Below are positions 1 to 8,306 of a stretch of DNA of 20,000 nt, one piece after another. The notes below the pieces were generated by a model. The model was not told where the DNA came from and did not search any database. It saw nothing but the letters and a program-made list of their open reading frames with translations. Origin of the DNA: an uncultured virus (IMG/VR IMGVR_UViG_3300013132_000024) (Duplodnaviria; Heunggongvirae; Uroviricota; Caudoviricetes); IMG/VR virus record IMGVR_UViG_3300013132_000024; one strand, written 5' to 3'. The position numbers and the translations under genes are program-made. Every line of letters starts with the position of its first letter. Positions within the stretch are counted from its first letter, which is position 1.

Positions 1-3000
1 ACATAATACTTAGTATTAGAAGTTAAACCAGAAACAGCGGTATTTCCTGTTGATACGTGATACATAATAGCATCACCAACACTAAAATATGTATTTGCAT
101 TAGTTATTGTAATTACATCTGCAGCATTATTTATTCCTGTATTAGCATTAAATGTGTGATTTTTTCCAACAATTACTACATTACTAGAACCTATTTCAAC
201 ACCACCAGGAAGAGCTTCGTATATATCTACTCCTGAATTAGAAAACGCAGATTTTGTGTTTATTGATACTATATTAATAGATCCTGTAGAAGACCCTGTT
301 GCTGCTCCAGAAGATAATAATCCGCTTTCCATATCAACAGTAACATTATTACCACTTCTAAATACTACAGTTCCTATAGAACTTGATTGTGTAATAGTTT
401 CTCCTACTTGCAACGAATTATTATTTGCAACAAAATAAACTTTTCTAGTAATAGAAAATCCTAATTCATATTCTCTAAAATCTTTTTTATTAGACGAAGA
501 AGAATATACTTCATCACCATCGTCTATATATTCTAATTCTGTCCAATTTTTATCATTAAAATCTTCAAAATCTTGAGCATTTTTTATTTTAATATATGCT
601 TTAATATCAGTACCAGATGGTCTATAAGCAGAAAATAACATTTTTACATCTTCTGCATCTTGATCGTCTTCTAAAATTATTTTTTTAGATATATATTTTG
701 TAGAAGAATTACCATATCTAGTATGTTCATTAAGAGTATCATTGTTTATTTGATTTTCTATAAACAATGATGTTTTTTGTGATAGATTTATCACAGGAGA
801 AACATAATCGTTTACCGTAGCAAATGATATCTTATATGTACCAGATTTTGCAGAACTCAAACTTGCCACTTCATTAGATTTAGACATAATATGACGTTCT
901 TTGTCAATATATTCTAATTCCATATTATTCTGAACAATTTGATAATTACTATCTGCTACATTTGTATTAGACACACCTTTGTATTCGTAATTAATAGAAG
1001 TACCAGAAGGTTGCATAATTCCAAATTTAGGTACAACTATATGATACGATTTATTATCAACTGTTGTAATTGTAGTCCAGGCTATTAATGTATTAGCATT
1101 AATAACAGTAGAATTAGCTATAGTAACATTATTTGGTCTATAAACTGCTATAATATCTGAATTACTAAATCCACCATTTGCTGAAGAATCTAACCATACT
1201 TCTCCGGTTTCTTCGTTAAAATATTGTATTCTTCCTTTTGGTAGATTATTTGTTGAATTAGATATTAATGTATTGCTTACAATACTTGTTAAATTAGCTG
1301 TATTTGCAGATGTATTAGCTCTATATACAATATCTCCTACTGCTATAGATATATTAGAATTAGCTTTAGTAAATCCAGACACAGTTAAAAATTCATCATT
1401 TTCGTTAGTGAATCCTGCATAACCACCTGAACTATTAAATTTAGCTCTATACAACTTAAATTTAAGATCTTCTTTTTGTATTGGAGTCCATGTTTTTCTA
1501 TTAGAAGAAATAAAGGCTGTTCCTGAGTATGGATTAGAATATACTTGTTGATTGGTTAAAACATCGAACCCACCTGTTTCTCCAACCCAAATTGTATATT
1601 CTGGGCTATTACCATCAGGTTGTACTATAAATGCATAATCTTTATTTGCCATCAAATATACTGGAAAATCCAACGTAAATTCTGTTTCTGCGCTGCTTGT
1701 AGAAGAAACAGTTATATCAGCAGCTTTTTTATACGATTTTCCTATTATTATATTTTCATTAGGAGTGCTATTTTCCATTTCACAAATATATAAAGACACA
1801 CCTAAATTTTCATCTTTAGATTTAAAAAACACACCTACTTTACTTAAAAATAGACCAGAACCTTCTTGAGGTATATTAACAACAGTAAAGGATTGTGCTA
1901 TAGGATCATCCCATTGCGGCCAAAATAAAGCTTGTGAAATATTTTCTGATGTTGTTGTAGAAGTTCTTCTTTCTGTTCTGTCTTGAACAGTAATTTCTGG
2001 TTGTCTTACGTTAATAGTTGTAGAAGTACGAGTAACAGATAAAGAATCTGCGGTATATGTAGTTTTCCCTAATGTTAATCTTGCGTCTGCACCAGTTACT
2101 AAATCGTCTACATTAGTTAATTGGAATATTCTATCTCCTGTTCTAAAAGTTTCAGCAGGAATTAAAAATACTCCAGAAACAAACCCATTAGCATCAGATA
2201 CTAAAGCATCACCAAAATTACCAGTTCTAGAAACTACATTATCTTCTATAGATTGTGCATAATCATATGGAGTATTATTTCCATTATATGTACCAGGTGC
2301 ACAATATATATCTACATTAACAGCATCAAAAAATGCGTGCAATGTAGTATTAGGTTTCATATTATACGCAACGAAAGATACTAATCTAGAAGCCATATAA
2401 GGTTGTAATGCTACATCTTTAACATAAGAACCTAAATCAATAGTTTGCGAATTAACATCTACAACTAATCCTTGAGAAGTTCTTTCTTGTGTATTTGTAG
2501 CTGTTATAGTTTCTATATTAGTTAGAACACTAGCTCCAGCATTAATACCTTCTGTTATATTTGTCCAAGTTTCTGACCAATCACGAATAGCATCTGAAGA
2601 TACAGTTCTCCAATCTCCCCAACGAGAACCCCAAGGAGAATTAGCAAATTGTTCCCATGGAGAAACTAAATCTATATCAACATTAACATTTGGTGCTGTA
2701 TCTTCATCTCTATGAAAATCATAAGAAGGATATAAAGAAACTTTACCATTCCATTGCCATACTGCTTCTGCACAGTTACGGAATTTAGTTGCCATATTTT
2801 GATTTATATATAATTCATCAGTATAGCTTAATGTAACATATGGACCAGTTATTACAACATTACTAGATAATGTATTTGAATACATCATATCTATATCATT
2901 TCTAACGATAAATGGTCTTATTACAGTTTCTGTAGGATCTACTGCAATCTTATATTCAAAATCTGAAACATTTCCTAAATTGTGAGAATTAAATGGATCA

Positions 3001-6000
3001 GCAAATATACCATTCTTAAATCTGTCCAACCCATTAGAATCAGGAATTGTTAAATCTTTAGCTTGTTGCTCTAAAGAATTTAATACTGTATAGTATTCTA
3101 TTTTCTTAATACGTTTTTCCAACGAAGCTATATCTTTCATTGTATAACGTTTGTTTGATTTAATTTTTAATAATGTTTTAGAATTAGTATTATATGTTTC
3201 TTGTTCTCTTACTGTTGGTGTAGGATACGGAGGAACATAACATTCAGCAATTAAACTTTGATCATTTTCAAAAAACGGAGACACAGGATTTACAGCAGGA
3301 TTTCCTTGTTGTACTTTAAAATTACCATAAGGGTCTAATGTAATTAAATCATATCTAGGCAAATAATATTCAAAATCTGCTATAAAGTTTGTGTCCGGCG
3401 AGATTACATATTGTCCAGAACCAGATACTGAAAATGTAGTATTAACTACTGGATTAATAGTAGCTCCTGCTTCAGTAGTAGAATTATTCGCAGAATTATT
3501 ATATCTAGGTCTATAATCTATCACATTTCTTAATTCAACACCGTTATATACTGGAATTTCTATAGTTTGTATAGCATTAGTATTAGAAGTATTGGTATCA
3601 TCTATTGGATAAGATTCCACAGAAAAGAAACCAACAGAATATGATGTATTAGCAGTAAAATGATCAAGTTCAATCAACATTTTTGTTGAACTTGTTATTT
3701 GTGATCTATATGTAGGTTTAATAACTAATTTAGAATGTGAATATTTGTCGTCTGATTGTCCTGTATATAATTCAAACCAATTACTTCTGTCAGAATTAGT
3801 GTTGGCATATGTTGTTCCAACATATACATGTCTTATTTTATGTACATCTACTAAACCTAAATCCCAAGGACCAACTGTATTAGCCACATTGTTTGAACAA
3901 TCTATTTTTACATATCTGTTTTTGTTAATAACTTTACTTATAGCACTTGCTTGATTTCTATACACAGGGAAAGAACAATATACGTTTTGTGTACCTGAAT
4001 CTAATGTTACACCTAATTGTGAAGTAAAAGACGTATTAGAATTTATTGTAACATTAGCAATAGACAATACTGTTCCGTCTATATAAAATCTTTGTATTTT
4101 AGTAGAAGTATTACCAGCCGCATCATTTATAGGGCTATCTATAGTTAATGATGTAGAATTAGTAATACCTGTAACTCTTCTTATATAAGTTTGAGTAGAA
4201 TTAGCAGTTATTCTAACAAGATTATTAGCAACCAATTCTGTAGTAAATAGTGTTCCTGTTCCTGTTATAGTTATATTGCTACTATTAGAAAATGCTATAT
4301 TTCCTGTCAAATTGGCAGAATAAGCATTAGTTGATAATATAATATTGTAATCGTTTAATTGTGAACCAATTAATACAGAACCTGTGGTTGAAGTTAATTT
4401 TTCTTCTGCAGAACCAGGAGCAGCAGTACGTAATGTTACAGTTACTGCTCCATTAGAATTTATTGTAGAAGGTTTTATTTGATCATATACATATAATGTG
4501 TCGCCAATTCCAGTATTATCTGTTAATCTTTTTATAGCTGTTAGTGCAGTATTAAAGATTAATTTATTACTTCCTGACGATTTTAATACAGCTAATCCGC
4601 TTTCTAATACAATATCTGCTTTTGCTTTACCATATGTAGCATGAGAAGCATATAAAGACTTAACATCAGTATTAAAAGATTTATCCGCATTCATTCTAAT
4701 ATCAGTCAAATATACTAGATATTGTGATGAAGATAACCCTTTTGTACCATTATAAAATACTATAGCACGAACAGAAGCTGTACCTACTGCATTTCCTATA
4801 GGATTACCTAATGCTGCGCCTTCTTTATCAGTAATAGCATATTGTGGTTGATCGTATAATGTTACTTGAGATAAAGTTTCAAAATCAAAAGCACCCAAAA
4901 ATTCACTACATATAACATAATTACCATAATTTCCTGTAATTATTTGATTTTGTGCATATTCTGTAGTTATACCTTTATCTGCTTCTACCCTAGTAGAATT
5001 AATTTTTTCAATTCTATGCCCTCTAACATATCCTATACCAGAAGAAATTTCATAAAAGAATGATTGTGAATTTGCTTCATTTACTCTAGTTTCAATTTGA
5101 AAAGGTTTGGTAACATAATCACCAGATTCTTCATATGTTCTAACAGCAAATTGGTCTAATATTTTATTATATTCTGTATTTTCTTTTTGTTCTGTTGGTT
5201 TATCACCATCAAATTCTACAATAGAAAAGAAGTTGATATTATTTGATGTGTCTGTGCGTGATTTAGCAACTAATTCTGGAGTAAGTTTTAATCTATGCGC
5301 ACCTGGAGCATTTTCGTTAGAATATCCTAATGCATTATCATATAAATTAGGATCAGCATATTCGTCTATTATTTCTTCTGTAGTTTCAAATCCTACTACA
5401 TAACCAGAAACATTAGTAGAAAAATCTCTTACAGTTATTACATGTTTTGGTACTTTTATAAAATATCCCTTTTGGTATACTATACCATCAGTACATCCTA
5501 TTAAATACGCATATCCATTAGAATTAAAAACTACGTTTGATGATAACGTATTAATGCTATTTACTAAATTATTAGCATCAAGATCACCAAACTTATTTTG
5601 TGTATTACTGTAAAAATATAAAATATCTCCTGGTGAAAATACGTTAACATCTTCTCCAGAACCATCTGTACCTGTTGTTATATAATCAAAGTAAATTCTG
5701 TTAGTTTCCGGATATGCAGCTTTAACACCATTTTTACCAATTTTTATTACAGCTCTTACAGCATTATTAGAATCTGTAGAATTAGTGATTAAATAAGAAG
5801 AATTATAATCTGTAACAAAAGCATTTGCATCTATGTTAAAATAATCTTCTAAAGAAATATAATGAGTATTAGGGTGATATATAATACCGACACCTTCGAT
5901 AACAGTGCCGTCTTTAAACATATGTTCGCCTAATCTTCTAATTTGATCTTGAAGAATAAACTCTATTTCTGATAGTTCTCTTGCTTGAACAGCCGTATGT

Positions 6001-6086
6001 GGTCTAAATAATAGAGCATGATATCTATTATTAGCGTCATAATCTATATTGTATGGAGGTACATTTAGGTTTTTATCTAATGCCAT
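1..6086 (-). CDS. Giant VrlC-like / DUF4815-type virion structural protein (over 2028 aa, 3' end outside window)
   Basis: ATG at 6086 begins MALDKNLNVPPYNIDYDANNRYHALLFRPHTAVQARELSEIEFILQDQIRRLGEHMFKDGTVIEG, the typical VrlC-like N-terminus of T4-like phages. Later motifs include APGAHRLKL, DRFKNGIFADPF and KYISKKIILEDDQDAEDVKMFISAYRPSGTDIKAY. The frame was spot-checked open at about 4140-4320, 1080-1200, 720-740 and 3-120. Its absence from the ORF track is consistent with no in-frame stop in the window. Confidence 0.88.
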   Translation of the reverse strand, partial: MALDKNLNVPPYNIDYDANNRYHALLFRPHTAVQARELSEIEFILQDQIRRLGEHMFKDGTVIEGVGIIYHPNTHYISLEDYFNIDANAFVTDYNSSYLITNSTDSNNAVRAVIKIGKNGVKAAYPETNRIYFDYITTGTDGSGEDVNVFSPGDILYFYSNTQNKFGDLDANNLVNSINTLSSNVVFNSNGYAYLIGCTDGIVYQKGYFIKVPKHVITVRDFSTNVSGYVVGFETTEEIIDEYADPNLYDNALGYSNENAPGAHRLKLTPELVAKSRTDTSNNINFFSIVEFDGDKPTEQKENTEYNKILDQFAVRTYEESGDYVTKPFQIETRVNEANSQSFFYEISSGIGYVRGHRIEKINSTRVEADKGITTEYAQNQIITGNYGNYVICSEFLGAFDFETLSQVTLYDQPQYAITDKEGAALGNPIGNAVGTASVRAIVFYNGTKGLSSSQYLVYLTDIRMNADKSFNTDVKSLYASHATYGKAKADIVLESGLAVLKSSGSNKLIFNTALTAIKRLTDNTGIGDTLYVYDQIKPSTINSNGAVTVTLRTAAPGSAEEKLTSTTGSVLIGSQLNDYNIILSTNAYSANLTGNIAFSNSSNITITGTGTLFTTELVANNLVRITANSTQTYIRRVTGITNSTSLTIDSPINDAAGNTSTKIQRFYIDGTVLSIANVTINSNTSFTSQLGVTLDSGTQNVYCSFPVYRNQASAISKVINKNRYVKIDCSNNVANTVGPWDLGLVDVHKIRHVYVGTTYANTNSDRSNWFELYTGQSDDKYSHSKLVIKPTYRSQITSSTKMLIELDHFTANTSYSVGFFSVESYPIDDTNTSNTNAIQTIEIPVYNGVELRNVIDYRPRYNNSANNSTTEAGATINPVVNTTFSVSGSGQYVISPDTNFIADFEYYLPRYDLITLDPYGNFKVQQGNPAVNPVSPFFENDQSLIAECYVPPYPTPTVREQETYNTNSKTLLKIKSNKRYTMKDIASLEKRIKKIEYYTVLNSLEQQAKDLTIPDSNGLDRFKNGIFADPFNSHNLGNVSDFEYKIAVDPTETVIRPFIVRNDIDMMYSNTLSSNVVITGPYVTLSYTDELYINQNMATKFRNCAEAVWQWNGKVSLYPSYDFHRDEDTAPNVNVDIDLVSPWEQFANSPWGSRWGDWRTVSSDAIRDWSETWTNITEGINAGASVLTNIETITATNTQERTSQGLVVDVNSQTIDLGSYVKDVALQPYMASRLVSFVAYNMKPNTTLHAFFDAVNVDIYCAPGTYNGNNTPYDYAQSIEDNVVSRTGNFGDALVSDANGFVSGVFLIPAETFRTGDRIFQLTNVDDLVTGADARLTLGKTTYTADSLSVTRTSTTINVRQPEITVQDRTERRTSTTTSENISQALFWPQWDDPIAQSFTVVNIPQEGSGLFLSKVGVFFKSKDENLGVSLYICEMENSTPNENIIIGKSYKKAADITVSSTSSAETEFTLDFPVYLMANKDYAFIVQPDGNSPEYTIWVGETGGFDVLTNQQVYSNPYSGTAFISSNRKTWTPIQKEDLKFKLYRAKFNSSGGYAGFTNENDEFLTVSGFTKANSNISIAVGDIVYRANTSANTANLTSIVSNTLISNSTNNLPKGRIQYFNEETGEVWLDSSANGGFSNSDIIAVYRPNNVTIANSTVINANTLIAWTTITTVDNKSYHIVVPKFGIMQPSGTSINYEYKGVSNTNVADSNYQIVQNNMELEYIDKERHIMSKSNEVASLSSAKSGTYKISFATVNDYVSPVINLSQKTSLFIENQINNDTLNEHTRYGNSSTKYISKKIILEDDQDAEDVKMLFSAYRPSGTDIKAYIKIKNAQDFEDFNDKNWTELEYIDDGDEVYSSSSNKKDFREYELGFSITRKVYFVANNNSLQVGETITQSSSIGTVVFRSGNNVTVDMESGLLSSGAATGSSTGSINIVSINTKSAFSNSGVDIYEALPGGVEIGSSNVVIVGKNHTFNANTGINNAADVITITNANTYFSVGDAIMYHVSTGNTAVSGLTSNTKYY

Positions 6087-6095
6087 TATTTGTTT

Positions 6096-7643
6096 TTACA
6101 CCTGTATGAAAATCTTAAAAGTTTCGGTTTGAGTATTTGATCTATTTACATTATTTATATTGTTTACGTACAACGGAGATAAATCTTTTGTATATATATC
6201 TCCTCTAGAAATTATGGTAATAACAGTAACATTTCCTACTGAAGTATTACCCACATATTCTCCGCTTTGAAATTGTTTTTCACCAGTTAAAAATGTTTGA
6301 GTAGAATTAGAAAATACTACAATACCTTGTGCTTTACTGTTTGATCCTATTACTGTTTCTCCTAAAGTAAACGTATGAGATGGAGATACAGTAAATTTTA
6401 ATAAAGAATCAAAAGTATTTGCTGTATATAACGCACCTTTTGTATTATTGGTCTCTAATATATAAGGATTCTTTATAATTCCTATTTTATTGTAAACCGT
6501 ATTGCTAGTTACTATAGTGCTATTTTCATTATTAGAAAATCTAATTCCTACAACAAATCCTTTCACGTTTAATTCTTTTACTGGATCTGAACCATGACCT
6601 CCTGGTGGAGGAACTATGGCATAAATATTAGCTCCAGAACCAAAACTACTTTCTATATATACATTAGCTCTTGTAATATTTGATCCTATATCTAATATTT
6701 GTACACCCGATATAGCATTTATAGAAGTATTAACTATCGCATATCCAATAGGAAAAGTATCTCCATCTGTATCAAATACTAATTTGGGCGTTATTAGATA
6801 TTCTGTTTGTGATGGTAATATAATTGTAGTATTTGCTTCTTTTTCTAAAATAACCCAATTACCTGTTGAATTTACAATATAATTAGAAACATTACTTAAT
6901 TGCGCTGTTCCTAAACTACTATTATACATATAGATTGCATTGTTATTGTAATAAAAGTTAGAAGGATTAGCAACTGCTTCTATTTGAATTAGTGTGCTAT
7001 TAACTATAGATTGTATTATTCCATTTGTATACGCAGAATATCCAGTTCCTGTATTAGAAACAATTATTTTTTCAACACCAGCATAATTATTTGCTGAAGC
7101 GACCAGTATATTGTTTGCGTATATTGGCATATAATCATCAGAAAAAAATCTATTATAGATAGTAGCAGAAACTGTAGTCACATATCTCCATTTATAACCA
7201 TCAACAGTTTGAAATGTAGTTGGTTGTGATGGAGTTCCTATAGTTCCTGGATCTACTGTTGAATTCGCACCATTATTATTATCTATACATTTATATACAT
7301 TATAAACACCACCAACTTCATTCGGATCTGATACTACATAATAATTATTATTAGAATATAAAGTATTAGAAGTTTGGTCATAAAATTGATAAACAGTATT
7401 ACTTTCCCACAAATTAGAATTTATGATAGGATATATATCATTTTTAGTTATTTTTTTACCAAATATCATACGATTAATAAATTCATAAGAAAAATTTGAT
7501 TCATTATTAGCAATTGTTGGTATCGTATTAGCAAATTCTATTGGATTTGCACCGAAAATATAATAATTAGAAGTATTTGTAGATATAGAATTAATTAATT
7601 CTTCTATAATAGATTTTTTATACGAAGGTAGTATTTTGCTCAT
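6096..7643 (-). CDS. gp8: Baseplate wedge subunit, T4 gp8-like (extended)
   Basis: Motifs YNVYKCIDNNNGANSTVDP, TVDGYKWRY, PPPGGHGSDPVKEL, KIGIIKNP and C-terminal RSNTQTETFKIFIQV are typical of gp8 in non-enteric T4-like phages; syntenic position fits. Confidence 0.85.
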   Translation of the reverse strand: MSKILPSYKKSIIEELINSISTNTSNYYIFGANPIEFANTIPTIANNESNFSYEFINRMIFGKKITKNDIYPIINSNLWESNTVYQFYDQTSNTLYSNNNYYVVSDPNEVGGVYNVYKCIDNNNGANSTVDPGTIGTPSQPTTFQTVDGYKWRYVTTVSATIYNRFFSDDYMPIYANNILVASANNYAGVEKIIVSNTGTGYSAYTNGIIQSIVNSTLIQIEAVANPSNFYYNNNAIYMYNSSLGTAQLSNVSNYIVNSTGNWVILEKEANTTIILPSQTEYLITPKLVFDTDGDTFPIGYAIVNTSINAISGVQILDIGSNITRANVYIESSFGSGANIYAIVPPPGGHGSDPVKELNVKGFVVGIRFSNNENSTIVTSNTVYNKIGIIKNPYILETNNTKGALYTANTFDSLLKFTVSPSHTFTLGETVIGSNSKAQGIVVFSNSTQTFLTGEKQFQSGEYVGNTSVGNVTVITIISRGDIYTKDLSPLYVNNINNVNRSNTQTETFKIFIQV

Positions 7644-8297
7644 TTATACTCCTATTGCAGTCCACATAATATTAGACGCAGTAGCATTTCCTGTTCTTAT
7701 AACCGCAACTGTAGAATTACTAGATATTATAGCTGGTTGATATGTTGAAACTGTACTATTTGCTGTTACACTTACATTATATAGTGTTGTATATGCTGAG
7801 GTAAATGTAGCGTTTCCTACTGTAGTATTGCTAGATACCCATCCCCAATTTAATTTTAATCCATTCGGTAAAAAAGTATACCCATTTGCCGCTTTAGTAG
7901 AAGAACCTAATATTAATCCAGTGTTTGTTACAACGTTTGCTGTTCCTGTTCTTACTATTGAACTTGTTATAAATGTGTTAACTGTAGAATTACCAAAAAA
8001 CATTGTAGTAGTATTAACAGTAACATTAGATCCGACTGATAATACTGTAGAATTGGCTTTTACTATATTAGCAACATTAACATTAGCAGAAACTACTAAT
8101 GAAGATGAATTCATAGTTGAATTTATGGTAGAATTACCAATTAATAATGTATTTGCTACGGTAATATTATTTGTACCAAATGTTAAAGAATCATAAATTT
8201 CATCAAAATTATCATTAGTTTTATCAAATGCATTACGGATAGTATCACCAGTCCCATCATTCGGAGTAGAACCAATATTGATTATTTGTTGTGCCAT
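7644..8297 (-). CDS. Short fibre-like protein with gp9/gp10-type N-terminal baseplate attachment motif and tail-fibre-type C-terminal domain
   Basis: N-terminus MAQQIINIGSTPNDGTGDTIRNAFDKTNDNFDEIY matches the T4 gp9/gp10 N-terminal motif. The middle has N/S/T/V-rich beta repeats. The C-terminus NGYTFLPNGLKLNWG...MWTAIG resembles tail-fibre C-terminal domains. SD-like AAAGGGA upstream. Confidence 0.75.
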   Translation of the reverse strand: MAQQIINIGSTPNDGTGDTIRNAFDKTNDNFDEIYDSLTFGTNNITVANTLLIGNSTINSTMNSSSLVVSANVNVANIVKANSTVLSVGSNVTVNTTTMFFGNSTVNTFITSSIVRTGTANVVTNTGLILGSSTKAANGYTFLPNGLKLNWGWVSSNTTVGNATFTSAYTTLYNVSVTANSTVSTYQPAIISSNSTVAVIRTGNATASNIMWTAIGV

Positions 8298-8306
8298 TAT
8301 ATCCCT

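Noticed and set aside
256..438. 60-aa plus-strand ORF
   Set aside because: Antisense shadow inside the giant minus-strand CDS; no recognisable motif.
3745..3954. 69-aa plus-strand hydrophobic ORF
   Set aside because: Antisense to the giant CDS with a TTG start; its hydrophobicity is expected from the reverse complement of N/K/S/T-rich codons.
7700..8145. Recurring gtagaatt 8-mers as a CRISPR-like or regulatory array
   Set aside because: Irregularly spaced and explained by repeated Asn-Ser-Thr codons within the CDS.
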